Shown in pieces: positions 7,855-17,032 of a stretch of 64,000 nucleotides of DNA. Both the position numbers and the translations under genes were made by a program. Below the pieces are notes generated by a model. The model was not told where the DNA came from, did no database searches, and worked only from the letters and a program-made list of their open reading frames with translations. The first letter of the stretch is position 1, and each line of letters begins with the position of its first letter. Source of the DNA: Bacteroidales bacterium (GTDB lineage Bacteria > Bacteroidota > Bacteroidia > Bacteroidales > GWF2-38-335); the NCBI GenBank assembly GCA_016936815.1, contig JAFGXD010000114.1, positions 5,377 through 69,376 of the forward strand, read 5' to 3'.

Positions 7855-9240
7855 CTATTTTCTAAATTTATGTATAAATTCTTCTACCTCAGGAACTCCT
7901 CCCTGATATACCAAGTAGCCGTTATATGGCTCTCTTTCAGTTATTTCATCGTTAATTGATGTAAGCATCATTCTCTTTACTTCTGCCGGATCATCGGTCT
8001 GTCCCAATACCCATCCTAACTTAATAAAGGCTACTTCAGGTAACATATTGCCCGCCGGAATTATTCCCTTGGCCATCATGTCTCTTCCGGTATCGTAAAC
8101 AAACATGTGTACGTAACCCCAAATTGTCTGTAAGGTCATAAACATGTGAACGCCTTTTGCATGTGCTCTTTCTATTGCAGGATACATTTCCTTGTTTACG
8201 TGTCCCAAGCCTGTTCCTACCCATATAATTCCTTTGTAACCGTTATCTACCAACGAATCTAATGTGTCGGGCTTCATTCCCGGATAGTAATACAACATTG
8301 TTACTTTATCGTTGAAAAATGGATAAATATCCACATTTCTGTCTTTTCGTCTGTGTTTGTATGTCTTGTGTAAAGGTGTTATTTTTTTCCTGTCAACCAT
8401 GGCTAATGGTATGTCTCCAATGGTTCTAAAGGTCGAACGATAAGATGAGTGCATTTTTCTTACTCTGGTTCCTTTGTGCAAAAGTCCGTACTCATCGGAT
8501 GTTGGTCCAAACATACATACCATAACTTCAGCTATATCAGAATTTCCTGCTGTGTTCATGGCGTGCATTAGGTTTAAGGCTGCATCGGAACTTGGTCTGT
8601 CGGAAGAACGCTGAGAACCAACTAAAACTATTGGTACAGGCGAATTTTGAACCATAAATGTTAATGCCGCTCCGGTATGGTGAAGGGTGTCGGTTCCGTG
8701 ACCAATTACTATTCCGTCAACTCCATTTTCTATTTCTTTTTTTATTGCTTTTGCCAAAGACATATATTGAAATGGCCCCATGTTTTCGCTGAATACTGCA
8801 AATACTTTCTCTGTTTCCAGATTGCAAATATCGGCTAGTTCAGGAACTGCTCCGTATAATTCGCCCGGAGAAAAGGCCGGTATTACAGCACCTGTTCTGT
8901 AATCGAGTCTGGAAGCAATAGTACCTCCGGTTCCAAATAACTTTACTTTCGGAAGGCCGGGGGTGTAAGGAAATTCTTTTTCGGGAATTTGATAATTGGC
9001 TTTTTTATAGCCTGTTTCTTTCATTGAGGTTACAGTTTTAATATCTATTCCAATATTATAACCTGTAATTATTTTTACCACAATGTGCTGATCGTCATCA
9101 TTTTCCGATCTTGGCAAAACAGTTCCTTTAAACTGACCTCTGGTGGTGTCTATTTCGGTCTGACCCCAAACTCTAACATTGTACTTCTTTAGCATTTCCA
9201 GGGCTTCACCCTTATATCCTTGAAAAATATCGTCGCTCAT
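7855..9240 (-). CDS. gatD: Glutamyl-tRNA(Gln) amidotransferase subunit D (archaeal-type GatD; asparaginase-like glutaminase subunit)
   Basis: GatD-specific N-terminal domain (GTVLPRSENDDDQHIVVKIITGYNIGIDIKTV) followed by an asparaginase fold. Catalytic motifs LFGTGGTIASRLDYRTGAV and VIGHGTDTLHHT are present. 461 aa. Lies 20 nt downstream of gatE. Confidence 0.85.
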   Translation of the reverse strand: MSDDIFQGYKGEALEMLKKYNVRVWGQTEIDTTRGQFKGTVLPRSENDDDQHIVVKIITGYNIGIDIKTVTSMKETGYKKANYQIPEKEFPYTPGLPKVKLFGTGGTIASRLDYRTGAVIPAFSPGELYGAVPELADICNLETEKVFAVFSENMGPFQYMSLAKAIKKEIENGVDGIVIGHGTDTLHHTGAALTFMVQNSPVPIVLVGSQRSSDRPSSDAALNLMHAMNTAGNSDIAEVMVCMFGPTSDEYGLLHKGTRVRKMHSSYRSTFRTIGDIPLAMVDRKKITPLHKTYKHRRKDRNVDIYPFFNDKVTMLYYYPGMKPDTLDSLVDNGYKGIIWVGTGLGHVNKEMYPAIERAHAKGVHMFMTLQTIWGYVHMFVYDTGRDMMAKGIIPAGNMLPEVAFIKLGWVLGQTDDPAEVKRMMLTSINDEITEREPYNGYLVYQGGVPEVEEFIHKFRK

Positions 9241-9260
9241 GATTTAATTTTTTTTTTGAA

Positions 9261-11222
9261 TTAGTTTTTTTCGACTTCCTTTCTAAGTTCCTTAAGACTA
9301 ATATTACCAACAGCTTGTTTGCGAAGCTGACCCATAACCCAGTTGGTTTGGTTCTCTTTTGTATGCTTTCGTCCTGTTTCTTTAAATTTTTCGACAAGAA
9401 AACCTATTGGTGCTAACAATTGGTCTTTGCTTCGTTTTTTGAAGTGAATAATGGTAAGAACAGAGTCGAAATCCATTTGAGGATGCTGGTAAACAACCGG
9501 AAGCATTTCTCTGGCAATTTCGGGTTCAAGTTTTTCCTTTTTAATGAATTCAAACATTTCGTAAACCCTTACGTAATTGAAGTCGGAAGTAGAAATATAC
9601 TGACCTTCAACATATTTCATAAAATGTCCGAAGAAAATACCTGTTGTTTTTGGGTCGAATTTCAATTTATCAACTATTTTTTCAATTATTGGAACAAGGT
9701 TTTTCTTTAGAATATAGGTGTATGAATCTGATGGAACACCCCATTTTGTTAATTGAGTAAATCTATCAACAACATCAATAGGTAAATTTTTTCCTAGTTT
9801 TTCAATATACGAATTTTCCAGTGGAATTGGAGGAGAATCGGTGTCGGGATACATTCTGTCGGCTCCCGGAAGCACTCTTTCGAAAATTGTTGTGCCATCA
9901 ATAAAAGATTTTCTTGTTTCGTTCGGAACGCCTTCAAAAGCCATAATACATCTTTCTTCAATGGTTTCAAGAGCTGTTGGAATATCTTCTTCAGGCCCCC
10001 AAATTATTATCTGGGCATCGTTTTCGCCTGATTTTAGAAGTTTTCTAACAGTTTCCCATTCAGAATCTTTTAGTTGCGAAACAAATTCTTCGCTATGAAT
10101 AATATTTGGTTTTTCAAGACAGGCAATAACTTTTAAGCGGTCGCTGAATTCGTTGGCAAACATTTTTCCGGGTTGAGTAAAATGTGAAACCAATCCATGA
10201 AATTCGGGAAGATTTATTGCTACAACCTTGTAATTCAATTCTTTTGCATTTTTCAGCAATTCACAAGAAAACAAAGAAGCATCAATAGTTTCGTGCTTCA
10301 TCTTCCATTTTTTGGAATTGGTTCTTTTGTTTAATTCTTCTCTAATCGCCAAAAGAGCCCACTGACGAAAACATTCGTTATGAGTAAGTTCCGGAATCCA
10401 TTTTGTATGTGCAACTCCCTTAATTTCTACCCTTGTTCCACCTTTGCAGCTTACGTTAACATCCTGACGACCGGCACCCATTCCTGTTCTAACTTTCCCT
10501 GTGCTTCTGTTCAAAAATCTTATATAATCGCAGGCTTCCATTACTTCGTTTGGATTAACCATGTCGGGATATGTAACTGTCTCAATTAGAGGCATTCCTA
10601 GTCGGTCGGTTTTGTAAATTCGTTTATGACCAATATCTGAAATTTCCCTGCAAGAATCCTCTTCAATGGAAAGCTGAATAAGTCTTACAGTTTTGTTTTT
10701 AAGTGGAATTTCTCCTTCAACACCAAGAATTGCAGTTCTTTGGAATCCGGTTGGAATACTACCGTCGAGATATTGTTTTCGGGTAATATGTACCTCGCCA
10801 ACAACATTCAGTTTCGAAAGAATTGAAATTTCCAAAGCAATTTCCAATGCTTCATCGTCAATTCTAAACGGAGGAGTATCGTCAACTTCGTAAGTACAAG
10901 CAGTCTGATTATTAAGTCTATATGTAATTTCCTTACGAGTTCTAAATTCCATAAGTGCAGTGCCGTCGTACTCACCAAGTTCGCTCAGAGTTGGTCTCAT
11001 GTGACGAATTACCTCGGCATCGTAGTCTTCGTGACTGTGAAAAATTCCCGCAGGGCAACGGCAGAACAACTTTCTTTTAGTAAGCAATTGTTGGTGGACT
11101 TCCAGCCCCGACATAAAACCAATTCGGTCGTAATCCTTTTGTTTCGCTTTTTTTCTGGGGACATAACCAATGGCTTTAAGACTAGCCTCGTAATTTTTTG
11201 AAGGATCGAATTTCTTTTTCAC
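9261..11222 (-). CDS. gatE: Glutamyl-tRNA(Gln) amidotransferase subunit E (archaeal-type GatE)
   Basis: Collinear with remembered archaeal GatE: GLEVHQQL..KLFCRCP, HMRPTLSELGEYDGTALMEF, YEVDDTPPF..DEALEIAL, RKQYLDGSIPTGFQRT, SIEEDSCR, DRLGMPLIETVTYP, GRQDVNVS..GTRVEIKGV. At 653 aa it fits GatE (with insertion domain) rather than the ~480-aa GatB. The start codon is GTG. Confidence 0.85.
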   Translation of the reverse strand: MKKKFDPSKNYEASLKAIGYVPRKKAKQKDYDRIGFMSGLEVHQQLLTKRKLFCRCPAGIFHSHEDYDAEVIRHMRPTLSELGEYDGTALMEFRTRKEITYRLNNQTACTYEVDDTPPFRIDDEALEIALEISILSKLNVVGEVHITRKQYLDGSIPTGFQRTAILGVEGEIPLKNKTVRLIQLSIEEDSCREISDIGHKRIYKTDRLGMPLIETVTYPDMVNPNEVMEACDYIRFLNRSTGKVRTGMGAGRQDVNVSCKGGTRVEIKGVAHTKWIPELTHNECFRQWALLAIREELNKRTNSKKWKMKHETIDASLFSCELLKNAKELNYKVVAINLPEFHGLVSHFTQPGKMFANEFSDRLKVIACLEKPNIIHSEEFVSQLKDSEWETVRKLLKSGENDAQIIIWGPEEDIPTALETIEERCIMAFEGVPNETRKSFIDGTTIFERVLPGADRMYPDTDSPPIPLENSYIEKLGKNLPIDVVDRFTQLTKWGVPSDSYTYILKKNLVPIIEKIVDKLKFDPKTTGIFFGHFMKYVEGQYISTSDFNYVRVYEMFEFIKKEKLEPEIAREMLPVVYQHPQMDFDSVLTIIHFKKRSKDQLLAPIGFLVEKFKETGRKHTKENQTNWVMGQLRKQAVGNISLKELRKEVEKN

Positions 11223-11414
11223 AGTGCAACTTTTTATGTAAGTTCTTGTTTAATTGTCTATTAAGCTTTGAAATAGCAAAAATGCTTCAAATCTTTCTCC
11301 CAAAATTAACTTTGTTTTAAGTTTCTGCAAAGGAATAGGGAATAATTTGCAGCATAATATTGGATTTTATTTTTTCCGGAAAAATGATTTCAAAAAAAAA
11401 TTACGTAAAAAATT

Positions 11415-12596
11415 CTAAATCAATCTTCTTACACAACTTTCTTTTTTCAGCTTCATTTTTTGCAAATCCACATTTTCAATTAGTAATAATCCGGGCTTTT
11501 TTCCTTTTTCAATACTGCCAAATGTTTGGGCCATTTTAAGAGCCTTTGCTCCGTTAAGGGTGGCATATTCAATTAGCTTATTTATAGAAAGTTGAGGGTA
11601 ATATTCCTGCAAACTAATTATTTCCGAAAGGACCGAAAGCCTGTTGTTGGAAGCCAAACTATCTGTTCCTATTGTTATTGTTGCCTTTTGTGGAAAATTT
11701 TCAGGATTTGGCAATTGGTTTTCTATGTAAATATTTGAATTAGGACAAAAAACCCAAAATACATTTTTTGCTTTATTAATTGTTGAATTTACTTCATCCT
11801 TGCTTGTAAATGTATTGTGAACCAGTAAAATATGTCCGTCGAGAGGTAAATTTTTAAGAATTATTTCTGTTGAAGATAATGGTGTTTTGTACCATGTTTC
11901 AGGTTTTGCTCCCCAGGAATGTATTTTTTCCAAAAGCTTTCCTTGCATTTTAGCGAAAAGTTCAATTTCTTGGAGGCTTTCCTGATGATGAACAGAGAAA
12001 ATGTCAAATTTCTGTAAACTTTCATTCAATTTATAAAACAAATCGGGATGAAGACTGTAAGCCGCATGTGGAGTTAGGCTGCTAGAAAGATTATATTCTT
12101 CTTTAGATTTCCGGTAAAGTGAGTTAGCATTTTCAATTATTTCATCTGCCTTTAATTGGTTTGTTCCAAAAACCTCAATAAATGTGTGATAAAAAATTTT
12201 GCTTTCTGCTTTTATTTTAAAGCTAAGTTCAGTATTTGAAATATCTCCAACAGCAACAATACCAAAATCGTACATAATTGAATCCCACTTTTTTGCAGCT
12301 TCGATTATTCTTTCAATTTCTTCCTCTCTGTTTATTCGTACTCCTTCAATAAATTCAGAAATGCCTTTTTTTTCTTCAATCTTGCCCTTTAAATACGAAA
12401 GTTCCAAATGGCAATGGGTATTGACAAAACCGGGAATAATTATTCCGTTATGGTGTTCCAGATTTGCTTTTTCTTCGAATTTCTCTCCCTGGTCTATTAT
12501 TTCAAGAATTGTACCTGAATCATCAACAACTACAATTCCGTTTTTTATTGGGGGTTTGTTAACGGGAAAGACATAATTTGCAGAGAATTTTTTCAT
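11415..12596 (-). CDS. Amidohydrolase-superfamily metal-dependent hydrolase (nucleoside/nucleobase deaminase-like)
   Basis: N-terminal metal-binding motif VNTHCHLELS, later HH and D motifs, ~390 aa. Resembles chlorohydrolase/aminofutalosine-deaminase-like amidohydrolases. Substrate unknown. Confidence 0.6.
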   Translation of the reverse strand: MKKFSANYVFPVNKPPIKNGIVVVDDSGTILEIIDQGEKFEEKANLEHHNGIIIPGFVNTHCHLELSYLKGKIEEKKGISEFIEGVRINREEEIERIIEAAKKWDSIMYDFGIVAVGDISNTELSFKIKAESKIFYHTFIEVFGTNQLKADEIIENANSLYRKSKEEYNLSSSLTPHAAYSLHPDLFYKLNESLQKFDIFSVHHQESLQEIELFAKMQGKLLEKIHSWGAKPETWYKTPLSSTEIILKNLPLDGHILLVHNTFTSKDEVNSTINKAKNVFWVFCPNSNIYIENQLPNPENFPQKATITIGTDSLASNNRLSVLSEIISLQEYYPQLSINKLIEYATLNGAKALKMAQTFGSIEKGKKPGLLLIENVDLQKMKLKKESCVRRLI

Positions 12597-12622
12597 TCAA
12601 GTATAATATTTATTCCTTGAAA

Positions 12623-13048
12623 TTAGGGAATTATTGGAACCGAATCGGGCTGGGTATTTATTTCGCCATATTCATTAGAAGGTTTTTCTCCTTTAATCTG
12701 ACTTTCTTTTATTCCGATTTTTTCACTAACTTTTTCATAAATCTTTTGTAGAACCGCCGGGTCATCGGCATAGTATTCAATAGATCGGTCGAAATCTTCT
12801 CTGGAAATGCCATGATTATTTAAAACCTGAAAGTAGAAATTTTCGGGAACAAATAATTCAGCATTATTATAATTGATATTAATAGAAAGAATAGCATCGG
12901 CAATATGAACATCAACAAGAATATCAATAAATTTTTCTTCATCAATAACTTCACCTTTTTTTTCTTCAGAATTCCCTTTGCATGCCGACAAGAAAAGTGC
13001 AGTTAAGAGCAAAATACCAAAAATTTTATATTTCCTTAATTGTGCCAT
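12623..13048 (-). CDS. Small lipoprotein, DUF4296-like
   Basis: Lipobox LSAC after the start MAQLRKYKIFGILLL (ATG at 13048; the track ORF extends upstream to 13123). The FIDILVDVHIADA helix pattern is typical of DUF4296. Confidence 0.5.
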   Translation of the reverse strand: MAQLRKYKIFGILLLTALFLSACKGNSEEKKGEVIDEEKFIDILVDVHIADAILSININYNNAELFVPENFYFQVLNNHGISREDFDRSIEYYADDPAVLQKIYEKVSEKIGIKESQIKGEKPSNEYGEINTQPDSVPIIP

Positions 13049-13124
13049 TATTATGTTTTTTGCAAAAATAGTTAAAATTGTGTGAAATAGGATTAAAAAA
13101 AATCTGAACCTGTATTGCCTCACC

Positions 13125-15203
13125 CTACTTTTCCTTCTGGTCTAAAAACAGCCTTGCAATATTTGTTGCATGATTTGTTATAGCCCTAAACATACCCATA
13201 AGTTCAAGGTGAGTTTTTGAACTTTCCAGAGATTTTCCAACCTGATCGAAAAGACGGTTATAATGACTCATATCGAATGTGTTAGCCATGGCGCTATACT
13301 TCTTAAATTTTTCTTTCATTGTAAGAGCCTTTTTCAAATTAACATCTCTGAATACCTCAATTGCTCTGCTAATTTGCTTTTGGGCTCTTAAATGATAATC
13401 AACAAGTTCTTTTTTACCGGCTTCCGAAAATTCAGCTTCTGATTCTATCCATTTTTCGGCTTCTTTTCCCAAATTTGTTGCAACAATATCACCAATTTGT
13501 TCTATTTCCTTAATTGTATACATAATTTGAAACGCTTCCTGAGCTCTTTCTTTCTGAATATTTGCTTGAGAAATATTTATTAGATATGAATTAATTTCTG
13601 TTCTTAAATAATCTGTTAGCTCCTCTTTTTCCTTAATTTCTTTTAGAAGCTTTTTATCTTTTAAAAAGAAAACCAACAAAATATCGTTAACCATATCCTG
13701 AACAACATTACACATTCTAACAGTTTCTTGTTTTGCCAGATTTAACGCAATGGCAGGAGTTGCTACAATTTGTTTATCAAGAAATTTTGTTTGCATTTTT
13801 TTATCTTCCTTTATCTTTGAAGGTAAAAGTCTATCAATAAACTTTGCGTAAACACCAACAATTGGAAGGAAAATAGCAGTAAGTACAATATTAAAAACAG
13901 TATGTGTATTGGCAATCTGACGAGGCACTTCAGCAGATAATTTACTAAGATTGTCGGTTGATTGCACTTCCGGAGATATCCCTTTAATAAATTCAGCAAA
14001 AACAGGAATCCACATTACAAAAATTGCCACACCGGATATTTTAATAATTGTTTGAGCCAGAGCAACTTTCTTGGATTCAACATTTGTATTAATACTTGCC
14101 AAAATAGCAGTTACAGCCGTTCCAATATTTGCACCAAAAACCAAAGGAATGGCTGCTTCCAGACTAAGCAAACCCTGCATAGAAATAACAATCATTATTC
14201 CTATAAAGGCCGAAGAACTTTGCACTAAAGCTGTAAAAATTGCTCCGGCCAAAACTCCCAACAGAGGATTTTCAAGTCTTACAATAGATTCTATAAAAGG
14301 TTCATAAAAACGAAGCGGCGACATTGATTCCGACATTATCTCCATTCCAAAAAACAAAATTCCAAAACCCAAAATGGCCTGACCAGTGCTTTTAAGTCCG
14401 TCTGATTTTGTAAAAAACTGCAATGAAAATCCTACAGCAATAAAAAGCAAGGAATAATCGGTTAGTTTAAAAGCAATTAGTTGGGCGGTAATAGTAGTTC
14501 CAATAGCAGCTCCTAGAATTACACCAATTGTTCGATTAAATTTCATTAATCCTGAATTAACAAAACTCACTAACATCACGGTTGTTGCGCTACTACTCTG
14601 AATAATTGTGGTAACCAAAGCCCCTACCCCAACTCCCATAAACCTGTTTTTGGTAAGTGTAGAAAGAATTGAACGCATATTTCTTCCGGCGGATTTCTGC
14701 AAACCCTCACCCATAAGATGCATACCGAAAAGAAAAAGTGCCAAACCACCCAAAAGACCTATTGACAGCATTAACCACCAATCAGACTTTCGAGCATGAA
14801 GTTTATAAACAATTAGTTCGCTGTTTACTGAAGCAATAATTTCGTAATCGCCTGCTTTTTCTCCCAATACTAAATAATTTTCAGCTATTCCATTAGCATT
14901 TGTATAAACTTGACTATCAATTAAATAATGTGATTTACTCCCTTCGGGCACATCAAGAAAAGAAAATTTCACAGGAATCCCCTGCATAGGTTTACCATTA
15001 GATGTAACTAAAACCCTTACAGGCTTATCAATTTTATTACCAACAGATTGATGCTGATTATCACCTGAATAATTTACAAAAGAACCCGAAACAGGCTTTT
15101 CCAGTTTAAATGAGTAGTCCTGAGATTTAGTTGAAAAGGAAAAAACAGACAAAAAGGATAAAAGCAGCAAAGCATTTCTCCATAGTTGACGAGTTTTTTT
15201 CAA
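13125..15203 (-). CDS. Na+/phosphate cotransporter family protein (NptA-like) with an N-terminal Ig-like ectodomain and a C-terminal PhoU-like domain
   Basis: Duplicated QSSSATT / QSSSAF signature motifs of the Na/Pi cotransporter family, multiple TM helices, helical PhoU-like C-terminus. About 140 aa of extra N-terminal signal peptide plus a beta-rich segment. Confidence 0.8.
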   Translation of the reverse strand: MKKTRQLWRNALLLLSFLSVFSFSTKSQDYSFKLEKPVSGSFVNYSGDNQHQSVGNKIDKPVRVLVTSNGKPMQGIPVKFSFLDVPEGSKSHYLIDSQVYTNANGIAENYLVLGEKAGDYEIIASVNSELIVYKLHARKSDWWLMLSIGLLGGLALFLFGMHLMGEGLQKSAGRNMRSILSTLTKNRFMGVGVGALVTTIIQSSSATTVMLVSFVNSGLMKFNRTIGVILGAAIGTTITAQLIAFKLTDYSLLFIAVGFSLQFFTKSDGLKSTGQAILGFGILFFGMEIMSESMSPLRFYEPFIESIVRLENPLLGVLAGAIFTALVQSSSAFIGIMIVISMQGLLSLEAAIPLVFGANIGTAVTAILASINTNVESKKVALAQTIIKISGVAIFVMWIPVFAEFIKGISPEVQSTDNLSKLSAEVPRQIANTHTVFNIVLTAIFLPIVGVYAKFIDRLLPSKIKEDKKMQTKFLDKQIVATPAIALNLAKQETVRMCNVVQDMVNDILLVFFLKDKKLLKEIKEKEELTDYLRTEINSYLINISQANIQKERAQEAFQIMYTIKEIEQIGDIVATNLGKEAEKWIESEAEFSEAGKKELVDYHLRAQKQISRAIEVFRDVNLKKALTMKEKFKKYSAMANTFDMSHYNRLFDQVGKSLESSKTHLELMGMFRAITNHATNIARLFLDQKEK

Positions 15204-15298
15204 TTTCTTAAGATTTAATTAACAGCACGAAAATAATCAATTATATTAAAAAGCAGACAATAGACAATTAAAATTCATTTTTATGCCTTATCAATTCT

Positions 15299-15306
15299 TA
15301 TCTTTG
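15299..15306 (+). promoter_or_regulatory. -7 promoter box TATCTTTG upstream of the rhomboid operon
   Basis: Perfect TAnnTTTG match 45 nt upstream of the ATG at 15352. Confidence 0.4.
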
Positions 15307-15351
15307 CCAAAAATTAAATAATTTCGTTGCTTTATTTTTAAAAGAAAAGGC

Positions 15352-16119
15352 ATGAATTCATATAGATCAGGGTTTGGAAGTATACCGCCGGTTGTAAAAA
15401 ACCTGCTTATTATTAATGTGCTGTTTTTTCTGGCAACCATTGTAATGCAGAGCAGAAACGATTTTAACCTAAATGGATACCTAGGCCTGTATTATCCTGC
15501 AAGTGAAAGCTTTAAACCGGTGCAGTTTATTACTTATATGTTTTTGCACGGCGATTTTATGCACCTTTTCTTTAATATGTTTGCTTTGTACATGTTTGGC
15601 CAGGCAATAGAAACTGTATGGGGTCCCAAAAAATTCTTTATTTACTATTTTATTACAGGAATTGGTGCTGCTTTGGTACACATGGCTATTGCTTATTTCC
15701 AAGCAAGTAATCTAATGTCCTCTCTAACAACTGAAGAAATTAGGATTGTTTACGAGGCCATCGGAAATGATGGTGCAATAAGTAAAGGTGCAATTATTGA
15801 AAGTGCAGCAAAGTTAGATTTGATGAGAGAATTGTATGCCGTTTATAATACTCCCATGGTTGGAGCCTCAGGTGCAGTTTTCGGCTTGCTGCTTGCTTTC
15901 GGAATGATGTTTCCAAATACCCAGTTAATGCTGCTTTTTCCGCCAATTCCAATTAAAGCAAAATATTTTGTAATTATTTATGGAATTGCCGAATTCTACT
16001 TTGGAATAAATAACAGTGCCAACGATAATGTTGCGCATTTCGCACATTTGGGAGGAATGTTATTTGGCTTTATTCTAATAATGCTGTGGAATAAACACAA
16101 ATTCAAAAGATTAAATTAA
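15352..16119 (+). CDS. Rhomboid family intramembrane serine protease
   Basis: Catalytic GASGAVFGLL and downstream HFAHLGG motifs, polytopic. Confidence 0.85.
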   Translation: MNSYRSGFGSIPPVVKNLLIINVLFFLATIVMQSRNDFNLNGYLGLYYPASESFKPVQFITYMFLHGDFMHLFFNMFALYMFGQAIETVWGPKKFFIYYFITGIGAALVHMAIAYFQASNLMSSLTTEEIRIVYEAIGNDGAISKGAIIESAAKLDLMRELYAVYNTPMVGASGAVFGLLLAFGMMFPNTQLMLLFPPIPIKAKYFVIIYGIAEFYFGINNSANDNVAHFAHLGGMLFGFILIMLWNKHKFKRLN

Positions 16120-16123
16120 AAAA

Positions 16124-17032
16124 ATGGCAGGTATTATTGATGAAATAAAAGAGTCTTTTAAGAAAGGAAATATGCTTACTAAGCTGATTTACATCAATGT
16201 AGGTGTATTTTTACTTATTTGGTTGGTTTTTGTTGCAATAATGCTTGGAAGTTCAAACGAGCAAGAGGCAAATTACCGATTCTGGACTTATGTAATTAAT
16301 AATCTGGCTATTCCGTCAAATCCAGAATTGTTATTGCAAAAACCCTGGACAGTAATAACGAGCATCTTTACACATTACGACTTTTTTCATTTTCTATTTA
16401 ATTTATTGTGGCTTTATTGGTTCAGCAAAATGCTTATAGTATACATTGGAGGAAGGCAACTTCTTGGATTATATTTACTTGGAGGAATTTTTGGAAGTCT
16501 TTTATATGTTGCTTCTTTTAATAGCTTTCCAATATTCGAAAAATACGCTATGGGTTCTGCATTGGGGGCTTCGGGAGCAATTTATGCCATTGTGGTTGCC
16601 ACGGCAGTATTAATTCCAAATCAACAATTATTTTTATTGTTTTTGGGACCGGTTAAAATTAAATACATTGCATTGGTAAGTGTAATTTTAGGTACATTGG
16701 TTGATTTTAATTCCAATACCGGAGGAAAAATAGCTCATTTAGGTGGCGCAATTGTAGGTTATGTCTATATGATTCAATATAAAAAAGGAAAAGATATTAC
16801 ATTTGGGTTGGGGAATTTTGTTGGCAATTTCAATAAACTCATAAAAAGGAGAAAAAGGAAAAAAATGAAAGTAACCTACAAAGCTCCAACAAACGATTTC
16901 GATTACAATTTGATGAAAGCGGAGAAGCAGAAAAAAATGGATGTTATTCTTGACAAGATTTCTCAATCGGGATACGACACCCTTAGTAAGGAAGAAAAAG
17001 AGTTTCTTTTTAACATGAGTAATCGCAATTGA
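16124..17032 (+). CDS. Rhomboid family intramembrane serine protease (second tandem copy, with a basic C-terminal extension)
   Basis: GASGAIYAIV and AHLGGAIVG motifs. Lies 4 nt after the first rhomboid. Confidence 0.8.
   Translation: MAGIIDEIKESFKKGNMLTKLIYINVGVFLLIWLVFVAIMLGSSNEQEANYRFWTYVINNLAIPSNPELLLQKPWTVITSIFTHYDFFHFLFNLLWLYWFSKMLIVYIGGRQLLGLYLLGGIFGSLLYVASFNSFPIFEKYAMGSALGASGAIYAIVVATAVLIPNQQLFLLFLGPVKIKYIALVSVILGTLVDFNSNTGGKIAHLGGAIVGYVYMIQYKKGKDITFGLGNFVGNFNKLIKRRKRKKMKVTYKAPTNDFDYNLMKAEKQKKMDVILDKISQSGYDTLSKEEKEFLFNMSNRN

Noticed and set aside
7855-11222. Alternative reading of the pair as an ordinary type I L-asparaginase plus GatB
   Set aside because: The first protein has the ~90-aa GatD-specific N-terminal domain (..VKIITGYNIGIDI..). 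The second is ~170 aa longer than GatB, with GatE-like collinear motifs. No gatA or gatC is adjacent. The two genes are an operon, as expected for a heterodimer.
7855-11222. Chimeric assembly or archaeal contamination as the explanation for gatDE
   Set aside because: Both flanks are continuous with typical bacterial genes. Intergenic spacing and AT-rich codon style look like the rest of the window, and there is no abrupt composition shift by eye. This cannot be fully excluded without read data.
12199-12576. Long antisense or shadow ORFs inside confirmed genes (for example 12199..12576, 24119..24457, 50035..50355, 21062..21364, 40238..40522, 40715..41008)
   Set aside because: Each lies entirely within a well-supported gene on the opposite strand or in another frame, and has low-complexity composition with no motifs.
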